A DNA stretch of 64,000 bases, taken from positions 8,494,001 to 8,558,000 of the forward strand of contig CP075496.1 in assembly GCA_021613535.1 (NCBI GenBank). The letters are read 5' to 3'. The position numbers and the translations under genes were made by a program. This document shows positions 1-14,592 of the stretch, piece by piece (position 1 is the stretch's first letter; each line of letters starts with the position of its first letter). Source of the stretch: Adineta vaga (taxonomy: Eukaryota > Animalia > Rotifera). The notes under the pieces are model-generated. The model was not told where the DNA came from. It saw nothing but the letters and a program-made list of their open reading frames with translations, and made no database searches.

Positions 1-280
1 AATATGGATTTATTTCGTTTAACGAGAAATTTCTTGAAAACTGATAATCGGTAGGTCGATTGAATTTGACTTGTCATGGATTATTGATAAATAAGCTAAA
101 TATGTTAAATACATGTTAAAAGAATATTGTCTGAGGTGATAAGATATCTTTTCGATTTTTTTGTTTGAAATAACAAGCAAACATGTGACTTGTCGACTTC
201 TCACGATAATATTTTTTGTTTTTTTAATCTATAAAGTAACGATATTTAAAACAATAGTCATTGTCGTTACAATATAAATC

Positions 281-1056
281 ATGGATGCATTTTCCGTTCT
301 TCAACAACCACGATTATCAATTGATCGCGTTATTAATTTAGAATTTCAAGAGCTTGTAGAATGTGGTGTGTGTCATGGTATCATATTAGATCCTGTTGGT
401 TGTTACAATTGTGATAGAGCAGTATGTTCAGCTTGTATTCATCAATTGAATGCCCATAGAGAAGAATCTATTTGTCCATATGGATGTACAACATATACTG
501 AACGTTCTTGTCCAAAAGCAATTGCTCATATTCTCTCTAGTTTAAATATAATCTGTCAATATAAATCAAATGGATGTGATGCAATTCTTTCATACAATAA
601 TATTATAAATCATGAGAAAGACTGTGATTATCAGTTGTGGAGTTGCATTGGATGTCAACAATTGATAACGAAAAAGAATTTTCAAGAACATAACAATCAA
701 TGTCCATTGATATCATTAATATGTGATGAATGTTCGAGTTCATTTCAAAGAAAAGATACTAATTCACATACATTAATCGATTGTTTACATATTCAACTAC
801 AAAACAAATATCTGAAATAGACAAATTGAAAACAAAAGAATCTGAACAAGAAAGAAAAATTGATTTAATGGAACAAAGATTGCAAAGATATGAAACGTTT
901 TGGTTAGGATTTGTCAAGACAACAAAACAAATTAGGTATATTATGAATACATTGGAAGATAATCTCAATATCACTTCATTTCTAGAGGTATGCTGGATAA
1001 CTCCAACTAAATCAATCAAATACACTAATAAAATGCCAAAACAAGATCATATTTAA
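281..1056 (+). CDS. RING + TRAF-type zinc-finger protein with a C-terminal coiled coil; apparent frameshift near 800
   Basis: CGVCHGII...CYNCDRAVCSACI...CPYGC (RING-like) is followed by CQYKSNGC...HEKDC and CIGC...HNNQC (TRAF zinc fingers). The coiled coil QISEIDKLKTKESEQERKIDLMEQRL continues in another frame after an A-run at ~801-804. Possible intron at ~936-985. Confidence 0.75.
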
Positions 1057-3558
1057 TATTTATTAATAATATTCCAAATCAAAAGTTCAACTAAATATTG
1101 AAAATATATGCACATATCAATCGTAAATATATAATTCAAGTTAACGATATACAGAAAATTTACTTTTTCAGAAAAATAGCTTTACATAAAGAGAAGCCTG
1201 ATGTTTTCATTCTATGAAAATAATCATTTGTCATCATTCGTTGCAAGTACTTTTTCGTTTTCCGATGTTTTAAATGTATATCATTGCTGTTGTGTCGAGA
1301 TTTTCTAATAGATTGAATTCGATTTGATTCCGAAGATTTAGCAAACGATTTTACTTTTGTACATTCCTTATATGATTGTCTTTGAACATTGTTTCCAAGT
1401 AATTTTGACCAAAAATCAAGAAAATATGTTCGAATTCTATTCACAATTATCTTTGTTAATGATTTCAAAGTATATGGATTAGTTCTAAATCGTGTCATGA
1501 CAAATTGTTTGAAACGAAAACTTTTTAAATTATTCAATCGATCTTTCTGTAGCTTTTATAGGCTTAATTATATATACAAAAAAAAGCCATGACGAATTAT
1601 ACGTCATCATCTTCCACTTGGATATTATATATCCGGTATACATAAATAATCTCTGACGTAAATGTCTGTTACATGAGTGGCAAATATATGCCCTTATATC
1701 ATATATTGACTATGTATATATGTCATCTCGAGATTAATCAGTAAGTTTTTAGAAAGAACAATAGTAGAAGTCTTGATGAGCTTCGAAAGAACTACAATTT
1801 GTATGTACTTTTCTAGATCAAACAATCATTGAGTTCATCAGATGGATGTTAAAACCATTTCAGATATCGTAGAATGAATTACTGAGAATCATATCTAAAC
1901 GATTACTGTCATAAACGCAAGGATGCTGTCATTTATTTAAAACACACATTTGCTCGATTATCAAACTGGTAATATCATTTCTCGTTATTGATGACAATGA
2001 TTCTATGTCATAAATCTATTTTTAATACGAAAGAAGCGTTTGTATATTAGGATATAAAATGTATTGTGTTTCCTTTAATCATTAATTATCACTGTCAACT
2101 AGTGACATTAGCAACTTAAATATCATCTGTATACTCTTGTCATATAATGTATTTTGTATTCGATATAATTTCAATAGATACACTTTTATAGTACTCATAT
2201 TTTCTTTATTTTGTTATACATAAAACATATATTGAAATAGTATTGAATTACTTTAATTCAATCAATATAATTCTAAAACATAGCAACCATTTTTTTCGAA
2301 TAACTTTATCTACATGTTTATCTATTCTTAATGTGAAATATGGACAACCTATCAATTGCATCTGGGAAAGAAAGTCACATTAATATGACACGTTATGTGT
2401 AACTGGTTTTTATGTGTCAACGTCATAGGAATAATTAAGAGTATCAATATCCATTTGCTATACGACGAGCATGCTCTCTGATATCTATGCGGTTATATTG
2501 ACTCGATTCTCTAGATGATATTCGTCGTGTCTGCTATGATTTGCCAATCAAATTGTTTTTTTTTATATTCTTGAATAAGATAATGATAAATCTTGACTTT
2601 TATATATAATATTTCTTATCATAGCGACATTTGATTTCCGTTTTCGTTCAAGAACTAATTCACTGATTCTTGTTGACAATATGAAATTTCCCGATTGGCA
2701 ATAGATCATACTGTGCAACTTTTTTATTGTTTTTTTTCTCGAATAGTGAACAAGATTTACCTGCATGAAAAAGAAACCGAAGAAAACTTCCGTTCGCAAT
2801 CGATACTTAAACTTTAATTTTTCTTTCAATAATATACGATCAATTGATCACGGAAACTTGATAGAGTTAGTCGACAATAAGCACTATCTTTTCAATTTCC
2901 AATAGAAGTCAAGTCTCATTCAAATTCGAGTACTTATGAATAGATTTCTTTCGTGAAAAGAATCGATCAATCACTTTATTGAAATTAGGTATTAATTCAA
3001 AGAAAACTAATATTTTAGTTCTTTGAAATAAGATTTTCAGTCGATATGACATCTATATTAATGCAATAGAAATCTTGTTTACAGAATATCAAAACAAAAC
3101 TATTCATCATTTACATAATTAAATAAAAATCTCATCTCGACAATGTCTTTCTTCTTATTTTATTCTATAATTAAGTTATTTTTTTACGACAAAAAATCTA
3201 ATACAAATCAATTTCATTCTTGTTCGCCGAGCTAAAAGATAACATTAATCAATCATTTTTGCATTATCCAGATTTTCTTTCTTTACATATGGTAAATTTC
3301 TATGCGATTCATTAAGCATATTGTTTTGTCAATTATAAATCCATCAGTGTATAGATAGTCGTGGAAGATTTAGTACTGTTGTATCTACTATTTTATTCTA
3401 TTAGTTTCACGGAACATTCACACACAGACATAGATAAAGAGAAAGAGCAAATGAAATAAAAAAATTTTGTTTATCACATTGAAAAGAAGAAGAAAGAAAA
3501 AAAAACGAAGATGTATTAAAAACATAAGAAACATAAAGAAAAAGAAAATGAAATGGGA

Positions 3559-3675
3559 TCATTCGAGCTCAGTTCCGGGATTGTCCATTGTATTACGTCT
3601 CGATGATTTTGGCACCATGTTTAATATTGGAACGTTGGAAATTGGTGGTTGATAAAAAGCATCGACAACAGCAAT
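3559..3675 (-). CDS. PMCA alternative terminal exon C3 ([38 protein letters not shown])
   Basis: Acceptor tctttatctAG, phase 0. It begins with an IRVVxAF-like segment that completes the CaM-binding domain. Confidence 0.8.
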   Translation of the reverse strand: MAVVDAFYQPPISNVPILNMVPKSSRRNTMDNPGTELE

Positions 3676-6600
3676 CTAGATAAAGAAATACAAAGATTCT
3701 ACTCTGTTTATTTATTTCTAATCCTAAAGAGCAAAAAAAACTAATAAAAAGAAGAAGATATATTGATTGATTGATTGATTGTATGCAAGAAACCCCAAAG
3801 AGAATTGTTTTGTTGATTATTTTAGTAATAAAAACATTCGATTGTTACATATTCCATTGTTAGAGTTAAATGTGGCTTAGTTAGGAAAAGATTAATTTCA
3901 TCTTTTTTTTTAAAATTATTTTCATATTCTTGTTATTCAACTACAGACATGATCATAATCATAATCATCTTCTTCATCACAAAAGAAAAAAAAAGAACAT
4001 AGAGACAAAAGAAACAGGAAAAAAGAATAAAATTGAAATCTATCTAGTCTAAGGACAGGAAATTAAAAAGAAAGAAAAGAAAAAGAAAGGATGGTAGGCA
4101 GTCATCATCACTCGGTGTATGTATGTTTTTATTTCATTTCCTCGACTGTTTAGGACATCGAAAGAAAAATTATCATTAATGTCAATTGTCCGTTGGTTTT
4201 TGTTTTATGTCCTTTTTTTAGGCCGTTCGACATTTGCCATCCATCTGTTATATAGCACCGCTCGACTGTGACTGACTGATTTTTGCAGAGAGCGAAGATA
4301 GAGAAAAATATAAATAAAGAAAGAAACAAAAAGAAGTTTTTCTTTAACATACAACTTTTAAAAAAAGACAAAGAGATACTTTATCACACGTTTGCAAAAA
4401 AAAACGAGAATAAGAGAGAGAGAGACATACACACTCTAAATGCGCGCAAATATGTAAGAGAGAAGTAACAGAGAAGGATAGAGTGATTTAAAGATGATAG
4501 AAATACGGGGAGAAAATAAAGGCTAGGAGCATAAAAGATTACGAGCCCACCGAATTCTTTTTCTAAAATGTTTTAAATGTTAGGTATCTTTAACGATTGT
4601 TTATGGTAATTGATTATTATCAGTGTTAGTTACATTATGAAGAGGTTTTGAAGATTGTTTATCGTAATAATATGATGATAATTTGGGTACAGTAGTGGCT
4701 CGTAGCCGATCTAATGTGATATATTTTGGTGGGTATCGATTGAATGATTCTTGAAATGCTTTTATCACACGAAGCTAGAATTGTACAAATAGAGAAAAAA
4801 ACAATAAAAATACGAATCGATCATGTATATTATGTTTTGTGATAAGAAGAAAACATTATGTGTGAATAAATAGAAAAATATTATTACGAAAGACAAGACA
4901 TAAAGAAATATAAACATTCATGCATAGATAACAAAGCACAAACAAAGCCAAGAGACAATTAACAAGCAGGACAATAGTCAAAGCAGAAGTTTATATAACA
5001 CATTGATTTATCGAATAAAGACTCAAAGAATATTAGTTCTTTGTTATTATTATTCGGGTTTTTCGTTTGGTATAGGACATGTGACAAACTAAGCACAGCA
5101 AGAGATGCACAAAACATCAAAAAGTGTTAATATTCAAACGGATAAGAAAGGGACACAAATATTGAACAGGCAGGACAAACCTCAAACGAAAATGGGTGGA
5201 TAATAATGTATAAGTTACGATTATTATAGGATGAGAAGTACAGCGCACATGCGCAATGTTTTCGTATAAGTGATAGTGTTTACCATTGGGAAGACGGCGA
5301 TTTGGCAACATGTTCTTGGAAAGTTTTAACGACTTGCACCTGTCAGAGGGATTAATTAAAAGATGAATATATAAATATATATGTATAAAGACAAGGAATT
5401 CTAGAAGAAATTGTCAAATCAATTTCATGGATATTTTTGTTGCATGGGAATAGAAAGATTCTCTATGAACTAATCGACAGGTTGCATGTACAATTTTCTT
5501 ACTAATAACTGTCGTAGAACAATCCCATTGTGTATTCAATTTTTTTTTTGTCATAAGATATTAATCATCTTTATCAAAATTGAACACATCACTCAAGCAC
5601 GAAAAAGTATTTCCTGCTTATTAGCTCAACAATTCTTCGATTCATGCATTAGATTAAGTCATCGAATAGCTTTCATCTGAAGTTTATCTAATACATGTAC
5701 ATGCGTCCAAGCTAGCATGATTAAAAGAACATTGTGATTTATCATATAAGTAGAAAAAAAAGAATAAGCAAGTATCAAGAATAGAATAAATATCTCCAAA
5801 AGTTCAAACACGATTAAGAGAAAGTGTTTTCTTTTCTCATATAAGAAGATGATACAATTTAAAAGTAATTTTTTTCGTTTTTTGTTTCATTTTTCTTACC
5901 TGTGTTTGAAGACGTGTTATTCCTCTTAACCAAAGTATTTGTCCTTTTGTCAAGCTTGAAGCTTGTCTTGCTTGACCTTCAGGACCTGAATCCACAGGTA
6001 ATGTTGGTTCATAAACTTCACCTGCACCCCATTTCGGCATATGATGTGTCGCCGGAATCAGGTTAACTAACTAAACATTCGAGACAGATTTTTGTTTTTC
6101 TAATAGAAAATTTGAAGAAAATATCTATTTACTTGATTCCACAAAAGAACTGCGGCACCAAAAAGGAAACACCACATCCATTGTTCCAGTGTTAATGGTA
6201 CACAAGAAAATGCAAATGAACCATATTGAACAAGAAGAATTTGTACGACAAATGTCACAATCCAGATACCATAAAAGATTGGATTTGTAAATATACCGCG
6301 AAAAACATTTTTTTCTCCGTGAATCTTTCGGCAATTGATTTCATTAAATAAAGTCATTAAAACGAAAACATTAAAGATCATTGTAAAATGTTCCGATGGT
6401 TTAAAAACATTATCTACTGGACGACCATCATCCATGTCAAACACCGTCGGTCCAAGAAATAGAATAAATAGCATGACAGCTAATTGATATACAGCATGAC
6501 CAATAATATTCTTCATCATTGTACGAGAAATCAATGGTCGTGTTCGTCCGTATGGTTTACGTGTTAATAGTTCTTCTGTAGGTACTTCTGTTGCTAATGC

Positions 6601-9600
6601 TAATGATGCTAAAGTATCCATAATTAGATTAACCCATAACATTTGTACGGCACGTAATGGAGATTCTTTGACAATACAGGCGCCAATAAAAGCACAAAAT
6701 ACAGCAACAACATTGACAGTTAATTGAAATTGAAGAAATTTAGCTATAGAATCATAAACATTTCGACCCCACATAACGGCTTTGACAATTGAATTAAAAT
6801 TATCATCAACGAGAATAATATCTGAAGCTTCTTTTGCGACATCAGTTCCTTGTATACCCTAAATAATAAATATCGATTTTAGTTCGTATTCTTAATCTAA
6901 TTATATGAGAATTAAAGAGAATATTTACCATAGCAAAACCAACATCTGCCTTTTTCAATGCAGGTCCATCATTAGTACCATCACCCGTGACAGCGACAAC
7001 TTCACGTGTTGGATTAAGTTTCGATGCAATAATACCTCGTACAAGAACATATTTATCTTGTGGCGATGAACGAGCCAATACACGTAATTGTGGCCATACT
7101 TTATCAAATAGATTTTGTTCAACCTATACGAAAATATTCAGAATGAATCAAATGAATTCTATTTATTTACTTCTCCATCTGGTCTTGATCTGATTCGTCG
7201 ATTGAATTCTTTTCCTTCGAGTACTAAGAAACTATCATTTGGTGATATAATACCACATTTAAGAGCAATTGATCGAGCCGTATTCACATTGTCACCTGTA
7301 ACCATTCGTACTGTAATACCGGCACTGCGACATTTACTAATAGCATCTGGTACTTCTGGTCGAACAGGATCTTCAATGCCACATATACAAATACATGTTA
7401 ATTGATCGACAACATTAGCTTCATCATCCCAATCAGGTAATGCATCTGCTTGATAATCACGATAAGCAACACATATTGTACGTAGACCATCGCATGCCAT
7501 TGGTTCAATAACTGTTTGTACAATACGATCATAATCAACAGTAGAAAATGGAATTACTTCTCCATTACGATTCAATATTGATTTGCATTTTTTTAAAACA
7601 ATTTCCGATGCACCTTTCGTATACATTCGTATAATTCCATCGGGTCTTCGAATAACTGTTGACATGTTTTTTCGTACTGAATTGAATGTATAAACGTGAA
7701 CAAAGCCTTCCTCAGGATAATCTGAACGAATTTCATCGTAACTTCCACCAAGACCACGAACAAAACCTAATAAACCACATTCAGTTTTATTTCCAACTTG
7801 TTTTGGTAATGTTTCTTTTTCTGGTGGAGGCTAGACAGTTCACAGAAAAAAATATAATCTTACTTCTATTGTTTGAATTCAAATCAGTATTCTCTTACCA
7901 ATAGTTTTGATGAATAACCACTGTTAACAGATATACCTTCGAGTATAACTTCTTTGGTTTTTGCTGGTATTACAATCTCTTTTATTTTAACAGGATTTTC
8001 TACTTGTTTCCAATGTTTTTCTCCTACATACACTTGTACGACAGTCATACGATTTGTTGTTAGTGTTCCTGTTTTATCTGAACATATAGCCGTAGCATTA
8101 CCCATCGTTTCACATGCATCCAAATGACGTACTAAGTTATTATCTATCATCATTTTCTAAGATAATAACGAGAAGAGAAAGTTTTCGTTATGAAAATTGA
8201 TCAAAGATGAAATTTAAGAAACTAACTTTAACAGCATAGGCTAATGAGATCGTTACAGCCAATGGTAAACCTTCAGGTACAGCAACAACTAATACAGTAA
8301 TACCGGTAATTAAATAGCGAACAAATCGACTCCAATATTTGTTACTCCATCGTTCACGTCTATAGATCAAAGTCAAATATAAATGAATACAATACATTAC
8401 TGAATAGTTCTATTTACTTTTGAATAAATTCTTCGATAGAAAATCGTATTAGTAAGACAAGTACAGTCAATATAGCAATTGTCATGCCTAAAATAAAACA
8501 AAAAAAATTTATCTTCAAAATTTCATCATATTTGAAAGTATATAAACTTTTGCCTCCGAAGAATTCGTTTGATTAATCCTAGAAAAGTCCCCTTGAGATT
8601 TACTGAATATATAGTTTAATCTTGCTATCGTCGTTTAACGTTGATGAATGCGTCATTGATTTTCTCTGTGAATAAGTAAACACGTACCTGCGTAACCAAT
8701 TTGGATAGCTAATTTTGTTAGTTTAGCTTGTAAAATTGATCGTTCTTTAATTTTCAAGCCACTTGTCTCATCATCACCTCCTTCTTCTGTCTCAACAGGT
8801 ACAACTTCTTGTAATTCTGTTCCTTCATGATTATTACCCGTTGCATCTAATTGGAAAGAAAAAGAAACTTTATGAAAAAAAGTATGTTCCCGAGAAAAAC
8901 CAGAAATAGGAGAAGCATATTTAATTAGTAGCAATCAGAATGTCAAGATCGAAGAAGAATTAACGATATAAAATACCTGTAATCATTCCTGGTTTAACAA
9001 GACGTTCTTTAACGTCTGCATCGGCATTATCTTCTGAATAATATGTATATGAGGTGAATGTGAAGGGAATGAATAAAAAAAAAAATAGTTTTCATACTTT
9101 CTTTTTTACGATCTGCTCCTTTCTTATCGTTATCGTCATCTTCTTGCGTTGCACCTAATAATTTAAATATCATGCCCGTTTGACTGTGTTCACCAACAGC
9201 CAAGACTAACATTTTACCACTACCTTCCATGATATGTGTACCTAGAAGATACATTGAAATAAGTATTTTTTCAGAAAACGAAAAGAAAAAAAACAATCTT
9301 TACCAGAAAGAAGAAATGGATCTTTTGCTTCATGTTTCTTGATTAAATCGGATTCTCCTGTTAAGGATGATTCATCAACTTTAAGATCATTCGATTGTAC
9401 TACGACACCATCGGCTGGTAATAAATCTCCATATCTAACCTGGCAGATATCACCAACAACAATGTCTTTGATTGGAATTTGTCGCGCAACATTATCTCTA
9501 ATGACATTAAATTTTTGATCAAGTTCAATTTTCGATTGAAGACCACGAAATTGTCGTTCTTTTGTCCAATCATTAAATGCAGTGACAAGAACGACAACAA

Positions 9601-10193
9601 TGACAGCAATAATAATAGCTGCACCTTCGATCCATTCAACATTTGCTTCTTCTACAAAAATCAAATAGCAAGAATAATATGGAAAAGGAGAAAACCACAA
9701 CTTACTTGGTTTTACGTCAGCTTCAAAGGTATCTCCACCTGGATGATAAAATGATAAACCAAATGAAATGACAGCACAGATAATAAGTATAACAAGTGTT
9801 ACATCTTGAAGAGCTTCGAACATCAAAGCAAAAAATGTTTTCGGTGGTTTTGGTGGAATTTCATTACGACCAAATGCAGCGACACGCAGAGCTAAATCAC
9901 TCTCGTCATTCGATAGACCTTATTAAATGAAAGAAAGAAATCATGGATAGATTTCATTTTTTTTCTTAAACAAAATATTAATTCATTCGGTTTTTACCTG
10001 TTAGTAAATTTGATTTTAGCTTTTGCCCAAGACCACTGAGGCCACCATAAGTGTCATTTAATTCTTTAACTCCTTCGTGACCACGTGTTTGCATTAAACC
10101 TTCTAATTCTTTTAATGAAATACCAAATTCTCTTCCAGCGATTGCAGCTGACTGATCATCTTGATCTGCATTCGATTTTTTCTTTTTAGCCAT
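3559..10193 (-). CDS. ATP2B: Plasma membrane calcium-transporting ATPase (P2B, PMCA), multi-exon, with alternative last exons
   Basis: Motifs [53 protein letters not shown] and [11 protein letters not shown], plus the CaM-binding start [15 protein letters not shown]. Exons are bounded by GT-AG. Start MAKKKK at 10193. Confidence 0.97.
4601..4774 (-). CDS. PMCA alternative terminal exon C2 ([25 protein letters not shown]...NQLP*)
   Basis: Acceptor ttctAG, phase 0. LRVIKAF matches the canonical PMCA IRVVKAF. Confidence 0.85.
   Translation of the reverse strand, partial: LRVIKAFQESFNRYPPKYITLDRLRATTVPKLSSYYYDKQSSKPLHNVTNTDNNQLP
5280..5339 (-). CDS. PMCA alternative terminal exon C1 ([19 protein letters not shown])
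   Basis: Acceptor ccctctgacAG, phase 0. VQVVKTF resembles IRVVKAF. Confidence 0.8.
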   Translation of the reverse strand: MQVVKTFQEHVAKSPSSQW

Positions 10194-12426
10194 TTATGAA
10201 ATTGATTATGATATGTAATGGGATAAAATAGGATGTTCTTGTTACTGTATGAAGAAAGTTTTAAAATTGACTAATATAATTCTAATAAGAATAGTTCGAA
10301 GATGTTAGTCTGCCGTTGAAAAAACGATAGATATAAGCTCATGATTCATTCATTTATTCGACAGACAACGACAGATAGACCTTGAAACAAAAAAAGACAA
10401 AAAAAATATATAGAAAAGAAACGAACTGATAACGAGTGTCTCGTGAGGATACAACAGAACACAGTCCTATTTTCTGTTATATCTCTTTCTGTCGCTTTTT
10501 CTCTTTTAGCTACAACGACAACACAAACATTTTCTTTCTAGTGCTCTTGTTTATCAGAAAGACGACTGGCGTTCTTCTATTCTTTGTCGGTTTTTTTTCT
10601 CTTCTCCTTCTTGTTCTGTTTGCTCGAATAAAACCGTTCGTATTCCGCCTGCGAACAAGAATAAAGAGAAGAAGGAGGTGAGGTAGTTTGCTATACAACT
10701 GATAATTCCCACGTGGAATGATGCAAGCAAACAAATCTAACAAATGTAATGAAATCTTCTGACCTTTACATATTAGATTTCTGTCTCTGTTGGTCTTCGA
10801 TTTTGACAGTAAATAGGATTGTCATTACACATATATGTGATTTGTCACATAAGTTAAGATATACAATTACTCAGAAAACAACACAAGTCAATGAAATCAA
10901 AAACGAGACATCTTAGAATTTCATTGAGAAATCTACTCAAGAACAAATAGTTTGTTGATTAGTTTTTCTATTCTTACTCTATCCTCTTACTATTGTTGTT
11001 GTCGTTGTCTTACTATCAAATTCATCTATCACGCAATAAGATCTTTATCATTAAAGGAAATCAGATCATGAATATCACCTGTTCTCTGTAAATTACCGTT
11101 TGAAAATAGAACTCTTATACAACACTAAAGTCAAATAGGACTTACTGATCTTGTTCTCTTAACATCTCTCTTTATATATATTTTTTTCTATCGTCAGTTC
11201 TCATTTCTCTTCTTCTTATTTCTTACTCGATTATTCAATAACAGGGTCTCTTTTCTCTCTGTTGCATTGTGCGGTTAGTGATGCGAAGGAAGAAAAAGAC
11301 CATGAAGGGTATGTGCTCTGACAACAAGGGCAATAGTAGTAGGAAAATTGGGTCGCTCGGCAATGATGATGATGATGATGATGTATGGATGCAAACTATA
11401 GACATAGTAATAGAGAGAAAGACACACACGCACAAGAAGAAGAAGAAGAAGAAAGAAAAGGAAAAAAGCCGAGAGATCGAGATAATCACCTAATCAGATA
11501 ATCTTGCTCAGCGATCGGCCACACTGATTTTTCTTGCTTAGTTCTATTTAGAATATGGGAAAGGATGAAAAGAGAAAAGAAAAACATAACAAAAATCAAT
11601 GTCTGAACATGAATATTAAACGAAGAAAAAAAACGATCAACATACACACAGGTGTTGAAGCACAATATACGATTAGCTTCTTTTATTGTCGCTATAAAAA
11701 AAATCAAAGACAAAAAACGCAGAGGAAAAAAACAAAAATAACAACGACGACTATTCAGATAATAACTATTGATGGCATGTTATTATTTTCGACTACTCAG
11801 AATTGTTTCTTCTGCATTCAGAAATCGACAAGGGAAATGGAAAAAGCATTATTCTTTTTCTTCTAGTTATTTTTTTCAATATTTCTCTTGTCTTTCTTTC
11901 TCTATTAGGGCTAATTTCGTCATCACTATCATCCTCCGGATTATGTGTACTGTTTTCTTACAAAAAATCAAGTTGAAAATTGAACACAAAAAAGAAACTT
12001 AAAGTCAATAATCAAATCGTTACTCTTTTGACCAGAATAATAAATGTAAAACAAAAGAATATTTGATATCTATATACATCCATATCTATACATATTTAAT
12101 CGTGACTAATGTTTATTTGTCTATTTATCTGAATAGAACATCATTAACTTGAATAATGTTATCGATTAGAAAAACTAACTAAGAAAAAAAAATGAAAAGT
12201 GCGAACAACCGTAGATTTAATGAGCCAATGGGAAAGATTTACGATAAGAAAAAAAAATAATAATAAGTCTCTTCTTTGTAGAATAAAAAGAACGACAAAA
12301 GGTCTTAATTGTACTCATGAAACGATGAAATACATGCTGTACAATGAATAATCAGTTCTATACTTGAATAAGTCATAACTTGACTACAATCTTTTTCTAT
12401 ATTCTTCTCTACTCCCTCTCCTTCAC

Positions 12427-12532
12427 TGATGATGATGATGATGATGACGACAACGACGACGATAGCAATGAGGATGATGAGGATGATGATGATGACGATG
12501 GTAGTCGTAGTGGTTATTGTTGTTGTTGTTGT
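12427..12532. repeat. (GAT/GAC)n and (TTG)n microsatellites in the PMCA upstream region
   Basis: Visible trinucleotide runs. Similar short runs occur at ~11363-11383 and ~13207-13250. Confidence 0.85.
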
Positions 12533-14592
12533 TTTTCCCGTTACTACTGTTCTCGCGACATTTTCCTCTTCTCTCTCACTCTTCTTCGCGTGCCAGAGCA
12601 CGCCATCTCGTTCTTCTAATCGACAACACATTTTTTATCGTAGGTCTACTATAACTACTACGACTAGTATACTAACAAAACCATTGCCACTGCTTTTTTC
12701 CCTTGCGACAACATGTTCGGAACTCAATTTTTTCCTTCTCTTTTTTTCTTTTTCTTTTCCTTCTTTTTCTCCTCCTTCTTAATTCTCTATTCTTTTTCCG
12801 TGTTTTTCTTCTTCTAACACACATACATACATACACACATACACACACATATTTCTCTTGATGTTGCGTCTGTAATATCTCGAGCTCTTTTGTTAGCAAC
12901 AACAGCATCACATACAACACCCTCAACAAGACGAAAATCGCTTATCGCATCATTGTCGTCCTCATACTTGAAAGCGAGAGAGAGAGAGAGAAAGAAAGAG
13001 AAAGAGAAAAGACAAAAAGAATAAAGACGAGCAAAAGACGATTATATTCTTCAGATATACTGAACACATCGAGAAAAAGATGAAAAATGAAAAGTTAAAA
13101 GAAGAAGAAGAGTTTCTGAATACAGGAAATTGGTTTATGCTGTGACGAGTACCACCACACGAACCATTTCCGCACCACTAAGCTCTTTGTCGACTGAATC
13201 AAGCTTATCATCATCGTCATCATCATCATCATCATTAGAAGAAGAAGAAGAAAAAATCACAAAAGTCGTCTTAAATCAAACTCAAAGAGGCAATTCCCAA
13301 TAGACGAATATGTATGCAATAACGAATGGGAAATCGATCATGTGTAACAATATCTATTTAAGCGAGTATAAATGGAATGGAATACACAAGTCTCTTTAAA
13401 AATGAACGAACAAGATTTATGGCGGCATCGAACCAATTATTTCTATTCAGGATGATATTATGATTGAATTAAGAAAAATTATATGCAAAACATGTTTTTT
13501 CATCTTTCAGACAAATAAAAAAGGAAGCCCGGAGAAAGATAAAATTCTTGAAAAAAAAACGTCTTAGATTGTTAACAGAATTACGAGGTCGCTAATAGAC
13601 GGTTAGCAGCTTACTATCATTTGATTAGAACTACACGAGAAATATCCTAGAGGAAATCGTTCGAAAAATGTTCAGTGCATTGATGAGGAATGAATGAAAT
13701 TGAAGAAATTAACATGATTAAAAACTAAATCAAATTGATCATTTTGAAGAGAAAAAAAAATATTGAATAACATCTGTATTTAATTCATGAAATATGAAAC
13801 AGAAACTTCGAAGTAATTGGATACTTGATGATCAGATTTCTATCTAAGTGTTCTTCTGATTCTCATACATGTCATATCGATGGTTTTCAACATTTCTCTC
13901 CACTTTTAAAAAAAGAAAAAATAGGAACCTCGAAATTAATTTACTTGAATATCTATCCCGATGATATTCTTCAAATTTACTTGCAATTATAAGTGAATTT
14001 ATATAAACTATAATTAGAAATAAGACATCCTCTTGTTTGATTGTTACATGATGAAACTTTTGTTGTTGAACACAATTATAGAATTTACTTCTTATCATAT
14101 ATGACCTGGAAGATTTATAAGTGGAAAATGAAATTTGTTGTTTTCAGTATAAATAAAGTATATGCAAAGGTTGCTTTTAACATTGTTTTTATATTTTATT
14201 GACTGAATTAAGGTCAAATGAGAAGAAACAATATACTTTTATGATCAAATTAATATTTTCTCTTCGATATGTGAAGATAATTTCGTAACGTTGAAGAAAA
14301 TTGTTGCATTAGGATTGTTAAAAAACTATTTATTATAAACTAATATTCAAAAAGCATTAAATAATTTGCAAATGAATTCAAATTTAATATTCAAATACAA
14401 TTTAATTTGAAATATTTACTAAAGAATTTTCATTTCTTTTGGATTAAGTCGAGATTAAAAGGAAAGTTTCATACATCAAATCATAAATGTGCATCGTTTA
14501 ACAATATTACTAATAAAAATAAATCAAACCGGATACAAAATAAAAAATAAATAATTCTCTTCTTCTTCTTGTTCTTCTTTCTGTTTTTTTTT

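Noticed and set aside
1160-1537. 125-aa basic minus-strand ORF
   Set aside because: No recognisable domain or splice structure, so it cannot be distinguished from chance.
4150-4371. Possible further PMCA terminal exon
   Set aside because: Acceptor-like sites exist, but no phase-0 product resembles IRVVxAF.
11235-12929. Poly-Asp, poly-Met and poly-Ile ORFs
   Set aside because: Microsatellite-derived, with no splice or homology support.
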